Below, in pieces: positions 29,938-39,500 of a DNA stretch of 64,000 nucleotides. This DNA comes from an uncultured Pseudomonadales bacterium (GTDB taxonomy: Bacteria > Patescibacteriota > Microgenomatia > UBA1400 > MFAQ01). The position numbers were made by a program, and so were the translations under genes. Every line of letters starts with the position of its first letter. Within the stretch, counting starts at the first letter, position 1. The stretch spans positions 47,007-111,006 of the forward strand of contig CAYHNG010000001.1 in the NCBI GenBank assembly GCA_964357975.1, in the 5' to 3' direction. The notes under the pieces were generated by a model that made no database searches, was not told where the DNA came from, and saw only the letters and a list, made by a program, of their open reading frames with translations.

Positions 29938-29970
29938 GAGGAGATTATAATCGATATACACGTTGATGGA

Positions 29971-30012
29971 GTGAGATTGCCACGGTTCGGAGTACCGAAA
30001 CTCGCAATGACG
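29971..30012. repeat. REP-like palindrome, intergenic copy 4 (with extra inner hairpin)
   Basis: gtgagattgccacggttcggagtaccgaaactcgcaatgacg. Confidence 0.8.
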
Positions 30013-30019
30013 AAAAGGG

Positions 30020-31270
30020 TTATTGGTTTTTGGTGTGGGAGAAGAGGAAAAATAAAAGAGAGGAGACTAGGCAAAGTTGGATAGCGAAGTTGGACCAGAT
30101 GACGAGCGAGAAGGAATCACGAAAAACATAAAAAAGTAATGGCTGGACTACTGTGGCGGCCAGAAGAAAGAGATTGGCACGAGGACGGCCGGTGGCCATA
30201 AGGTAAGCAACCAGAAACTGACCAAGAGCCAGGAAAACCATAGTGAAAGCAAAAATAGAGAGAAAGGGAGCGGCCTCCAGATAAGCGGCACCGGAAAGTA
30301 TCCGAATAATCAGAGTCGGGAACAAACCAAAAATGCTCGCGCCGATAAAACCAAAAAGGACGATCACAGCCCCTAGCTTGACAAAAATTGTTTTGGCCGA
30401 ACCAAAAGCCGCATGGCGATGAGAAGCCATCGGAAGAACCAAAGAGATAATGGGGGTTAATCCAAAAAGAATCATCCGTCCCAAAATGGACAAGGAAGAA
30501 TAGATACCGGAGAGATGAGGGTTGAACAAGGCTCGGACCATGAGGACATCGGTAGAAATCAGCGACATGGTACCGAGCGCATAAATAAAGCTATAGCCCA
30601 TAAAGCCGCCCAAAGAAAAGTGAGGAGAATTCTTTATGACGATCTTCGGATAAACTGAAGGACGAATGTTGAAGAAAATTATTATGGAAGTGACGACGCT
30701 ACCCAAAAGCTGACCAATGACGGCGCCGGTGGCTCCAAAGCCAAATTTGATGAGTAGAATGGAAAAAACAATGGTCAGAAAAATACTGACTAAACCCAAG
30801 AAGGTTTGGAAAACAAACCTTTGGTAAGCCACCAAATAAGAACCGATGATAGTTTGGTAGAGGGAAATAAAGACACTAATTCCTAAAACAATAAAGGCAA
30901 GTGAGTGGGCCTTGAAGATAAAGGATAAAGGCCCGGACAAAAGAATCAGAGCAAGTCCCAAAAAAACAGCGATGGGGGTAACGGTGCGAAGGAGGTAATG
31001 AAAAAAGAGATTGATGGAAGTTCTGTCGTCTTTTCCTTTGAACTCAGCAACGTATTTAGTGATCACGGTAGCGATAGTGCCGGTAGGAATGCCTAAGAGA
31101 TACGTCAGGGAAAGATAAGACAAGAATTCACCGTACTCTGCCGGAGCCAGGAAGCGAAGAAGAATGAGGTGGAAAAAATAGCGAAAAACACTTAAGGCAA
31201 AACTACCAAAATAAAAGATGGCGGTGGACCGAGCTGTAGGTGTAGAAATCGCACGAAAAATTCGCTTCAT
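30020..31270 (-). CDS. Wzx-like oligosaccharide flippase
   Basis: About 12 TM helices, LLRFLAPAEYGEF, TDVLMV..GIYS. Confidence 0.85.
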   Translation of the reverse strand: MKRIFRAISTPTARSTAIFYFGSFALSVFRYFFHLILLRFLAPAEYGEFLSYLSLTYLLGIPTGTIATVITKYVAEFKGKDDRTSINLFFHYLLRTVTPIAVFLGLALILLSGPLSFIFKAHSLAFIVLGISVFISLYQTIIGSYLVAYQRFVFQTFLGLVSIFLTIVFSILLIKFGFGATGAVIGQLLGSVVTSIIIFFNIRPSVYPKIVIKNSPHFSLGGFMGYSFIYALGTMSLISTDVLMVRALFNPHLSGIYSSLSILGRMILFGLTPIISLVLPMASHRHAAFGSAKTIFVKLGAVIVLFGFIGASIFGLFPTLIIRILSGAAYLEAAPFLSIFAFTMVFLALGQFLVAYLMATGRPRANLFLLAATVVQPLLFYVFRDSFSLVIWSNFAIQLCLVSSLLFFLFSHTKNQ

Positions 31271-31300
31271 GGCTAATATAGTTTACGCTATTATTAATGC

Positions 31301-32713
31301 ATGAAGGCATGGAAAAAATATTGGGTGTGGCCGGTCGCGATACTTCTGATGGGAATGTTTTGGTGGATGAGGTTTAGCGATATCAGAACATCTTTTTTCT
31401 TTTTCAATGATATGGGAAGGGACTCTCTAGTGTTATGGGATTGGAAAGCCACAGGTAAACCTCCCCTCTTGGGACCTCAGGCCAGTGCAATGCCAATGAA
31501 CCAAAGTGCTGTTTATTATTACATGCTGTATCCATTGTTTCTGATGTTCGGAGGGGCGACAGTGAGCGCTTTATACACAAATGCATTACTGTACATCGTG
31601 TGTTTTGTGGCGGGATTAGTACTGCTCAAGAATCACAACAAGCTTCGGGTGGCGCTACTGGTGTCATTTTTTCTGGCCACTATTCACCCACAGTACATAA
31701 TTCAAAACAGATTTGTCTGGAATCCTTCATTTATACCTCCGCTCCTATCAGTATCGTTTATTAGTTTGTATTTGCTGACAGAAAAATTTAACTTGCGGAG
31801 ATTGATGGTTTTTTCGATCTCGATGGCTTTGGCGGTAGCGATCCATTTTCCGGCCGGTCCGTTCATGTTGGCGGCTATGACATACATGGCCTTATTTTGG
31901 AAAAAGAACAGAGTCTACTCAATTCTGGTTTTAATTGGTTTTTTGATATTCTTTAATCTGCCTTCTTTGGTGTTTGAAGCCAGACACGACCTTCTCATCA
32001 CCAAAAGTTTATTCAGTCACCAGTGGATTGGCACACAACAATTCACCATAGTTCAAAACATAGATAGATTGGCTAACTTTACCTTTTCGTTGGAGAACAA
32101 GACTATTGATTTGTTTTTATTGGTAACCGTACTAATCTATGGAATTTTTGTATTTATAAAAAAACCAAAAGAATTTGAGGGAATGTTGGGATTTTTATTT
32201 GTGTTTTCCTTTTTAGTCACCATTGCCAGCAAAATGGCTTTCCATTCTCATTATATTTTCGGATTCACTACCTTGATATTTTTACTGATTTCCGGACTTC
32301 CAAAAAACTTTAAATGGATGGTTATTGTGGTTTTTGTCTTGGTTTATTTGAATCCAAATGTGACCAAACAGTATTTTGTGACCGCCCCCAGAACAGTAGA
32401 ACAAATGGAGCAATGTTTCGCCAAAGTATGTGGAGAAATTAAGGATCCTATCTTTGTCTCGACTCAAGCCGGGTTTCACTCATTTCACAATGGTCCGGAA
32501 CACAGATTCCTGATGAAGAAAGCCGGATGCAATGTGAAATATGTGGAAGACCCTTCTCAAATAGCTAATTTGATGGCGGTAGTGCTGGATGACTCCAATT
32601 ATGTACAAGGGGCAACCAACTATAACGAATTGACACTCTTTGGAAAAAGCAAGGAAATCAAAAGGTTTACCTGTCAAGATAATTTTGGAGTGGTGATATT
32701 GGAGAGAGATTAA
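31301..32713 (+). CDS. GT-C membrane glycosyltransferase
   Basis: DMGRD..PPLLGP, RFVWNPS, multiple TM helices. Confidence 0.82.
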   Translation: MKAWKKYWVWPVAILLMGMFWWMRFSDIRTSFFFFNDMGRDSLVLWDWKATGKPPLLGPQASAMPMNQSAVYYYMLYPLFLMFGGATVSALYTNALLYIVCFVAGLVLLKNHNKLRVALLVSFFLATIHPQYIIQNRFVWNPSFIPPLLSVSFISLYLLTEKFNLRRLMVFSISMALAVAIHFPAGPFMLAAMTYMALFWKKNRVYSILVLIGFLIFFNLPSLVFEARHDLLITKSLFSHQWIGTQQFTIVQNIDRLANFTFSLENKTIDLFLLVTVLIYGIFVFIKKPKEFEGMLGFLFVFSFLVTIASKMAFHSHYIFGFTTLIFLLISGLPKNFKWMVIVVFVLVYLNPNVTKQYFVTAPRTVEQMEQCFAKVCGEIKDPIFVSTQAGFHSFHNGPEHRFLMKKAGCNVKYVEDPSQIANLMAVVLDDSNYVQGATNYNELTLFGKSKEIKRFTCQDNFGVVILERD

Positions 32714-34117
32714 CTAAATTTCCAGGTCACGGAGCAGATTTATTTTTATTGAGCTTTTCTCGTTTGATTTTTGGGCGCCGTAAATCCACCCGAAAGCTTC
32801 GTCTGCAGGACACGATACCGGTTTACCGGCATATGACCGGAAGAGATAGCACCAGCCACCGTATGCTGAGTAGCCAACTTCATCTTTTGTTCCTAAAATG
32901 ATGGAATATGGTTGGTTTTGAATATCTTTGGTAACTTTGATAATTCTTTCCTTTCGGGACACCAAACCATACTTTGATTGTTCACAAGTGAAAATGGTAA
33001 CTGCAGAGGAGAGAACAAAAATAAGAATTAGGAACCAGGAAATTTTCGGGTTTAATGAAGAAAGAAGTATCCCCGAAAAAACGGAAAATAGGGTGAAGAA
33101 GCTGAGGAGGTAGTATTCGATCACGTTACCGGGATAAAGAAGATACGAGATAATTGAAATAATAAGCATCGCAAAAAGAAGCAAGAATTTTTTGTCTCTC
33201 TTGGCTCTAAAAAAAGAAAAAACTAAGATTCCTAAAGAAAAGGATGACAGAAGAAAGACGGAACCGGTGGGTACCCCCGCGCCTCCAAAGCCCATTTCTG
33301 CCTGAACTGACGTCCGAGGACGTAGATACCAGAAACGACTAAGCGAGTTCCAGGTGGTGGATAAACGGCTTGGCAATCTATCTATTATCGAGATATCGCC
33401 TTGTGCTGTGAGCATGCGAAGTGGGGTACGCAGATTGTCGAAATTATGGACCTTGTCGAAGACAAGAAGTGGAGAAATCAAAATTAGATATACGACGATG
33501 GAAGATATCCACGTACTAAAATTGATTCTCTTGAAGGATTTAAAAACGAGAAAGAAAATTACCGGCCAGAACATGAGCAGTGAAAGGTGAATATGGAGCG
33601 CCGTAGCCATAATGGCTGAAACGAGAACAAACCAACGAGTATTTTTCTGAGATTTGTATAAAGAAAATAACAACCAAACCGTAAGTAGCGGAATGGGAGA
33701 TGGATTCCAGAAACGACGATCAAAGAAATTCAAGAGAGGAGATCCTGCGTAAAAAAATGAAGAAAAAATGGCTACCGATGGTGAAAATAGTCGAGATGAA
33801 ACAAAGTATATGGAAATAACCGTAGCCAGACCGAGTAGGGGGGCGAAATAGGCAAGAATAAGAGGATCTCCTCCGGAGAAGAAGAATAAGAGAGCGTTTA
33901 AATAGGTGAACGCAGGCCCGAGATAAAAGCCGGTATTTCCGGCGCTTACTCCAATCCAGATGGGGTGAAAATCCTGAACCTGTGACCAAGCAAGAAAGGC
34001 TTGATATTCTTCATCAAAATTGAAACTAAACCACTCACCTGCTTTCCAAAAACGGAGAAAGAGAAGAAAGACAAATAATAAAACCGGAAGAATGTGAACC
34101 GGTTTTATTTTTGTCAT
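32714..34117 (-). CDS. GT-C membrane glycosyltransferase
   Basis: FDEE, YLGPAFTY, RRFWNPS, multiple TM helices. Confidence 0.82.
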   Translation of the reverse strand: MTKIKPVHILPVLLFVFLLFLRFWKAGEWFSFNFDEEYQAFLAWSQVQDFHPIWIGVSAGNTGFYLGPAFTYLNALLFFFSGGDPLILAYFAPLLGLATVISIYFVSSRLFSPSVAIFSSFFYAGSPLLNFFDRRFWNPSPIPLLTVWLLFSLYKSQKNTRWFVLVSAIMATALHIHLSLLMFWPVIFFLVFKSFKRINFSTWISSIVVYLILISPLLVFDKVHNFDNLRTPLRMLTAQGDISIIDRLPSRLSTTWNSLSRFWYLRPRTSVQAEMGFGGAGVPTGSVFLLSSFSLGILVFSFFRAKRDKKFLLLFAMLIISIISYLLYPGNVIEYYLLSFFTLFSVFSGILLSSLNPKISWFLILIFVLSSAVTIFTCEQSKYGLVSRKERIIKVTKDIQNQPYSIILGTKDEVGYSAYGGWCYLFRSYAGKPVSCPADEAFGWIYGAQKSNEKSSIKINLLRDLEI

Positions 34118-34138
34118 TAGAATTAGTTTAGCATTCAG

Positions 34139-35242
34139 CTATATTAATCTTTCCCAGGGATACTCCGAATGGCCGAAGTGGCCGTACCTGGCAGTTTTTT
34201 GATAAATGGGCTGTAGCAAAGCGAGACCGGAAATGATGCCGGCGACGGAAAGATCCAACAGCTTCCAGGCAAAATCTTCGATGATTTTTTGATCTTTTTT
34301 GTTGGTGCCATAAGTTTCTATGGCCTTTCCCACCGGATCTTTGACACCGATGGCATAGGCCAGCTGGACTTCGCAACGATCGGCCAATTTGGCGGCCACG
34401 ATATTCTTGGCAATAAATCTGGCGGCATAGGCCCCTGACCGATCGACCTTCGTAAGATCCTTGCCCGAAAAACAACCTCCGCCGATTCTGCCCATACCAC
34501 CATAGGTATCGACGACAATTTTCCGGCCGGTAACTCCCGTATCCGAAGCAGGACCGCCAATTTCCCAAGCACCTGTGCCGTTGAAGATCACATTTTTGAG
34601 GGAGATTTGGGGCAGGTGATATTTTTCGAGAAGCGGGACAATTGAAAGTTTGTAGAGATACTCTTTGATTTCCTCGCGGGCCATCTTCGGATCTTGGGGT
34701 TTGGCTAAGACAATTTTCTCGACCGAAATCGGGCGACCATTTGCGTATTTAACGGTGACTTGAGATTTTCCGTCCGGGCGGAGAAAAGGTAACTCTTTCA
34801 CAAACAACAAATCCATGGACTCTGCGAGCTCGTGGGCCAGAGTAATGGGGAGCGGCATGAGCTGTGCGGTCTCATTGGTGGCGTAACCAAACATCATACC
34901 CTGATCCCCTGCTCCCCCATCGTCAACGCCAACGGCAATATCTTTGGACTGTTCATGGATGTAAACCTCGATATCGGTTTGAGGACCAAAGCGGTATTCG
35001 TCTCGGGTATAGCCTAAGTCCCGAATAACTTTTTTGGCTAGGCTTTGGTAATCGAGTGAACGGGGACAGGTAATCTCCCCGGCCATAATCAGCTTGTTGG
35101 TAGTCACAAGCGATTCACAAGCCACACGAGAATGTGGATCGGCCTGGAGAGCGGCATCTAATACGGCATCCGAGATCTGATCACAGATCTTATCCGGGTG
35201 GCCGGCGCAAACGGACTCAGACGAAAAGAGGGAATAGTTCAT
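34139..35242 (-). CDS. metK: S-adenosylmethionine synthetase
   Basis: SESV..GHPDK, GAGDQG, DTGVTGRKI, GGGCFSGKD, YGHFG. Confidence 0.97.
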   Translation of the reverse strand: MNYSLFSSESVCAGHPDKICDQISDAVLDAALQADPHSRVACESLVTTNKLIMAGEITCPRSLDYQSLAKKVIRDLGYTRDEYRFGPQTDIEVYIHEQSKDIAVGVDDGGAGDQGMMFGYATNETAQLMPLPITLAHELAESMDLLFVKELPFLRPDGKSQVTVKYANGRPISVEKIVLAKPQDPKMAREEIKEYLYKLSIVPLLEKYHLPQISLKNVIFNGTGAWEIGGPASDTGVTGRKIVVDTYGGMGRIGGGCFSGKDLTKVDRSGAYAARFIAKNIVAAKLADRCEVQLAYAIGVKDPVGKAIETYGTNKKDQKIIEDFAWKLLDLSVAGIISGLALLQPIYQKTARYGHFGHSEYPWERLI

Positions 35243-35251
35243 TTTATTTTT

Positions 35252-35340
35252 CCTCTAATTGATAACAGAGGCTTGTCATTTTGGCACCGCGACCTGAATT
35301 GGCTCGGTTGTCGTCCGCCTATGGCGGAACTCTTGACAGC
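35252..35340 (-). promoter_or_regulatory. Candidate SAM-I-clan riboswitch (compact, SAM-I/IV-like) in the metK leader
   Basis: Minus strand reads gcUGUCAAGAG-[hairpin]-cgaCAACC...GGUGCCAAAAUGACAagc, followed by a CCUCU/AGAGG hairpin containing the likely RBS. Confidence 0.75.
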
Positions 35341-35364
35341 TAGGATAATATTAACACGAAATGA

Positions 35365-36495
35365 TTAGGCTACGAAGTAGCCGCGTGTGAAGAAAATGAT
35401 GGAGAGAATGGATAAAACGATGCAAGTGGCATAGAGACTGTACTTAATGAAGGGATGTTGTTTCTCGATCCAAAACGCCATGACCATGAACACCGGGAAA
35501 AGCACTAATGTAAATCGGGGCATGCTCATAAAGGTACCTGAAAATGTGGGCAGCAAGAAAGACAGCAAAACAAATAGCCAGTAAGAGAAACGAATTCTTC
35601 TAAAGAAAATAATTAAAGCGGTGACAATCAACACGGCCGAAAACAACTCCAAGACGACGGTAAAGTAGAGAGGGTCCCAGTCGGTAAAAATTAACATTTT
35701 GAAATAGCGGAAGAAGACCTGGTGGAGAAGAATTAGTTTGTCTACTGTCCGGCCACCAAAGACAGATTGAATGTGGAAAAAGAATAATGGATCTCCGGTT
35801 TTGAGATATTGAAAACGCATAAAAGAAAAAAGCCCTAGTGGAGGAAGAAGTAACCACAGAGCAGAAAAATTAACAGACTTTTTTATATCTTTGCCGTACA
35901 TGAGCCAGAACTCGTAAATAATGGAAGGCCAGAGAAAGATACCGGTGATCCGGGTGGCCGAAGCGATCGCGGCCACAACACAGGCCAGAAAAAAGTGTTG
36001 GCGGCGAATAAGGTAAAAAGTGAGAACCGTCAGTAGAAGAAACAAAGACTCGGTGTAGACCGAGCCAAAAAAGAAGGCCGTGGGAAATAAGAGTATCAAC
36101 ATAATAGTAAGGCGAGAGACCTTCTTAGTGAAGTCCAGCGCGGTTAGACGATAGAGGAAATAAAGAGCCAGGATGAGATAGACATGAGAGAGAAAGAGCC
36201 CCGAAGCCAGGTAATTGCCGAATAGATTGAAAGTTCTTACTGTCCAAGGATAAACCGGGAAGAAAGCATAGTCCATGTCGGTCTTGTGCTGATAGCCATA
36301 ACCAAACTGAGCAAGGTCAAGATAATGAAGGCCATCAAAGTTGGACCACATGGAAAAAATGTTTCCGACAGAGGGCTTTTCGGTGAGACTCGTGAAACGG
36401 GTACGGGGAGGCAGAAGAAACATGGCCGGGAGAGCGATGAGAATAATCAGAACTCGCCAACCTAAAACGAGTTTGAAGATTTCTTTGATGGACAT
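35365..36495 (-). CDS. PIG-V/GT76-like GT-C mannosyltransferase
   Basis: NFDGLHY, AFFPVYP, YTESLF, SMPRF. Confidence 0.88.
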   Translation of the reverse strand: MSIKEIFKLVLGWRVLIILIALPAMFLLPPRTRFTSLTEKPSVGNIFSMWSNFDGLHYLDLAQFGYGYQHKTDMDYAFFPVYPWTVRTFNLFGNYLASGLFLSHVYLILALYFLYRLTALDFTKKVSRLTIMLILLFPTAFFFGSVYTESLFLLLTVLTFYLIRRQHFFLACVVAAIASATRITGIFLWPSIIYEFWLMYGKDIKKSVNFSALWLLLPPLGLFSFMRFQYLKTGDPLFFFHIQSVFGGRTVDKLILLHQVFFRYFKMLIFTDWDPLYFTVVLELFSAVLIVTALIIFFRRIRFSYWLFVLLSFLLPTFSGTFMSMPRFTLVLFPVFMVMAFWIEKQHPFIKYSLYATCIVLSILSIIFFTRGYFVA

Positions 36496-38177
36496 TACGG
36501 TTTTGTCACTCCATTTCTAAGTCGAGAAATTACACGCTCTTCCCCCATTACTTGCATCATTTCGTATAGATCTGGTGTCATGGTCTTTCCAGATAGCGCA
36601 ATGCGAAGGACCATCGCTACGTCGCCAAGATGACCTCTGTATCCTTGTGTATTACTCTTGTATTCTTTCATAGATGACGCATACCCAAGTGATAAGCACA
36701 CCACTTTTAGTTTCTCAAACCAGATCTCTTTTGTGTCTGAATAGTGATAGCTGGTCAGAAATTTCTTGATAATTTCTTTGACTTTCAATGGGTCGGTAAT
36801 GTTTTCGGTGGTAATTGGAAAAACTGCTTGATCAAAAATTTCATCGTAGAAGAATCCGAACAAGTCAGGTATCTGAGACCATTGTGAGATATCTTTTCTA
36901 TTTTTATCTCCTTCGCGCTCAATGTTGAGAATGCTAATTGAATACTCTTTATCCATTGTAAATATGCGATGAAATTCAGAGTTGAACTTTTGAGACCAAT
37001 CACATACCAATGAATATATCTCATCGACCTTCATGGTAGAAATTTCTTGCTTGCAGATATCCAAGAACTTAACCATATCAAACAGGGCCCCAGATGATCC
37101 CATGTGGACAAGGGTGAGGGGGAAATCCAAAAGCGAGGTGTGTGGATTCTCCTTCCTCCATTTTTCAAATCCGGAATCGGCGATGTTCAACACATAAGCT
37201 CTGACTGCTTTTGCGGGAATACCAAGTTTAAGATAATAAGAAGTATCAGCCTCCGGATCTTTTCTCTTGCTAAGCTTTCTTTTGGTGGTCTCTCCGTCCA
37301 TTTTCATGACTGGGGATAAATGTCCGAATTTCGGTCGATCCCAACCAAAAGCATCAATGATCTGCAGATGAAGTGGTAACGAAGGTAGCCATTCATCGCC
37401 ACGAATTACTTGGTTAACCCCCTGCAGATGATCGTCAACCATAGCGGCCAAATGATAGACAGGTAATCCTAGTCCTGTTGAAGCAGACTTCATTAAGACA
37501 TAGTCGGTATCATTTCCCGGAAGTGTAACTCGACCCTTTATAGAGTCGGTAAAAGTGGAGACAGTGAAATTCAGTGGTGAGCGGAAGCGGATGGCAAAGG
37601 TTTCTCCAGCGGCTAACTTGTCTTTTATGTTGTCGAGAGAAAGGTTTCGGCATGCGGCGTACTTACCGTAATACCCCGTTCTTTCTTTGTTGGAAACTTG
37701 AGTCTGTCGAGCTAATTCAAGTTTCTCGGCATTACAGAAACAAGGATAGGCCATACCCCTTTTTAGTAGGGTTTTGATGGCCGATAAGTAGACTTCCTGT
37801 CGATGACTTTGGATGTATGGTCCATATTGACCGACCTCCTCGTCTCCTAATATGGGTCCTTCGGAATATTGGACACCAAATTCCCTTAAAGCAGTGATTA
37901 TTGTTTTTATTCCGCCAACAACTTCCCTATTTTTATCTGTATCTTCGATCCTTAAAAAAAAGACACCGCTACTCAAGTGAGCAATTTGCTCATTCACCAT
38001 CGAGGTGAAGATCAGTCCAAAGTGAGCAAAACCGGTAGGGCTGGGAGCGACACGAACCACCAGAGCACCTTCTGGTAGCTTCCTTTTTGGATAACGGAGC
38101 TCGATCTCTGAGAGTTCGAGGGTGGATTCCGGAACAAGCAGCTTCGCTAATTCAGTGTTGGTTAATTTGTCTACCAT
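36495..38177 (-). CDS. gltX: Glutamate--tRNA ligase
   Basis: RVAPSPTGFAHFG (HIGH-like), LRIEDTD, YHLA..VDDH, RGDEW, KLSKR. Confidence 0.95.
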   Translation of the reverse strand: MVDKLTNTELAKLLVPESTLELSEIELRYPKRKLPEGALVVRVAPSPTGFAHFGLIFTSMVNEQIAHLSSGVFFLRIEDTDKNREVVGGIKTIITALREFGVQYSEGPILGDEEVGQYGPYIQSHRQEVYLSAIKTLLKRGMAYPCFCNAEKLELARQTQVSNKERTGYYGKYAACRNLSLDNIKDKLAAGETFAIRFRSPLNFTVSTFTDSIKGRVTLPGNDTDYVLMKSASTGLGLPVYHLAAMVDDHLQGVNQVIRGDEWLPSLPLHLQIIDAFGWDRPKFGHLSPVMKMDGETTKRKLSKRKDPEADTSYYLKLGIPAKAVRAYVLNIADSGFEKWRKENPHTSLLDFPLTLVHMGSSGALFDMVKFLDICKQEISTMKVDEIYSLVCDWSQKFNSEFHRIFTMDKEYSISILNIEREGDKNRKDISQWSQIPDLFGFFYDEIFDQAVFPITTENITDPLKVKEIIKKFLTSYHYSDTKEIWFEKLKVVCLSLGYASSMKEYKSNTQGYRGHLGDVAMVLRIALSGKTMTPDLYEMMQVMGEERVISRLRNGVTKP

Positions 38178-38275
38178 TTTTTGTCAGAGTCGATTGTTAC
38201 GGCTAATTCCCGACAATTCTGCATTCAAATTATATCGCATTTGGATAACTCCTATCCACGCGCCACCATTTTGGA

Positions 38276-38303
38276 TTGATAGGGAGAAAAGCTATGATAT
38301 AAT
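38276..38303 (+). promoter_or_regulatory. Extended -10 sigma70 promoter
   Basis: TTGATA (38276-81), 16 nt spacer, TG-a-TATAAT (38295-38303). Confidence 0.7.
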
Positions 38304-38337
38304 AGAGGTGTTACAAATTTAAGAAAAGGAGTATGTT

Positions 38338-38418
38338 ATGAATAACTTCGTTTATAACGCTGGTCCTGAGGACGAAGGTGACGATACTGAAGATGGTGGT
38401 GGGGGCTGGGAACACTAG
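38338..38418 (+). CDS. Unannotated 26-aa acidic, Gly-rich small protein MNNFVYNAGPEDEGDDTEDGGGGWEH
   Basis: AAGGAG lies 6 nt before the ATG, with a promoter upstream and a terminator downstream. Confidence 0.6.
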   Translation: MNNFVYNAGPEDEGDDTEDGGGGWEH

Positions 38419-38438
38419 TATTGAGTGAGCATCCGAAC

Positions 38439-38462
38439 AACCGCCCAAACTGGGCGGTTTTA
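38439..38462. terminator. Intrinsic terminator hairpin between convergent genes
   Basis: AACCGCCCA-aac-TGGGCGGTT followed by T residues. Confidence 0.8.
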
Positions 38463-39500
38463 AATTGCGAGGTTTGATTGTTTCAGGACATTTTGATACA
38501 CGTCGAGGGTGAGGCGGGCGGTTTTGGACCAGGAAAATTCTTTGGCTTTATCTTTGGCCAATGAGATTTGCCTAGCTTTAGCACTGGAGGAAAGATGAAG
38601 CGCTTTATTTATGGATCTTTCCATTGATTTAAGTCTTTTAGGATTAAAGGTAATGGCTTCGTCGTGATAAATCTCCGGTAGGCTGGAGGTCTTCGAGCTG
38701 GCTATTAGGCAACCGGAAGTCATGGCCTCCAGAAGCGGCAAACCAAAGCCTTCGTAATATGATGGCTGAACATAGAGAGAGGCCAGATGGAACATGGTGT
38801 TGAAATCTTCGTTGCTGACATACCCGGGATAAATGACGTGGTTGTAAACTTGAAGGCGAACCAGGTCAATGAGCTCCGGGTGAACCGGCTTGACCACTTC
38901 TTTGAGCATTCCCTTTCCGACAATCACCAGAGGGATTCCCAGTCGGTCGGTAACTTCCGCAAGAGAGGGTAAATTTTTGTTGGGATTGGGTCCGGCCGCT
39001 AAAGTTAGGACAAATTTGTCAGGTAGATTGAACTTCTTCTTGACCTCGGCGAGCTTGGCCGGTGACGGAAGAACTTTGTAGTCATCATCAACCGCGAGCG
39101 GAGTAACAAAGATTTTTTCCGGAGAAACTCGAAAATACTTTTCGATATCCCGCTTGGAACTTTCGGAGTCGGTAATAATGGCTGAGACAGAGCGAAGCGA
39201 ATACCATTGTCGAAGTAGATTGATAGTGCCCTTGATCCCTTTGGGATAGCGAGCCGCCATAACCAGAGGAGTGAGATCGTGAATGGTGACAATGGTTGGT
39301 TTGTCTTTTTTTAGAGGCAGGGTGGGATAAAAAAGATCAAAGAAGGGATAGTGGATAATGTCGGGATCTTTGTCTGTTAATTTGACGTCGGAGAGTTTTC
39401 CCAAAGATTGGATTAGGTGGTCGGCATAAATGCCCACTCCCCTACCGGAAGAATGATCACCACCAGCAATAAAGACTTTAACGGGGGGCATATTCTTCAT
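38460..39500 (-). CDS. GT4 glycosyltransferase
   Basis: VTIHDL, NKNL, PSYYEGFGLPLLEAM. Confidence 0.92.
   Translation of the reverse strand: MKNMPPVKVFIAGGDHSSGRGVGIYADHLIQSLGKLSDVKLTDKDPDIIHYPFFDLFYPTLPLKKDKPTIVTIHDLTPLVMAARYPKGIKGTINLLRQWYSLRSVSAIITDSESSKRDIEKYFRVSPEKIFVTPLAVDDDYKVLPSPAKLAEVKKKFNLPDKFVLTLAAGPNPNKNLPSLAEVTDRLGIPLVIVGKGMLKEVVKPVHPELIDLVRLQVYNHVIYPGYVSNEDFNTMFHLASLYVQPSYYEGFGLPLLEAMTSGCLIASSKTSSLPEIYHDEAITFNPKRLKSMERSINKALHLSSSAKARQISLAKDKAKEFSWSKTARLTLDVYQNVLKQSNLAI

Noticed and set aside
25365-30012. Clustered palindromes considered as a CRISPR array
   Set aside because: Spacing is irregular and kb-scale, the repeats differ in sequence, and no cas genes are present.
38171-38224. 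17-codon upstream ORF (MQNCRELAVTIDSDKKW) overlapping the gltX start on the minus strand
   Set aside because: It is short, has no informative codon bias, and could arise by chance.
38240-38272. tggata-actcc-tatcca hairpin followed by CGCCACCA, resembling a tRNA 3' end or a T-box element upstream of gltX
   Set aside because: There is no cloverleaf or TTCG T-loop and no complete T-box consensus. It also lies upstream of the likely gltX -10 box.
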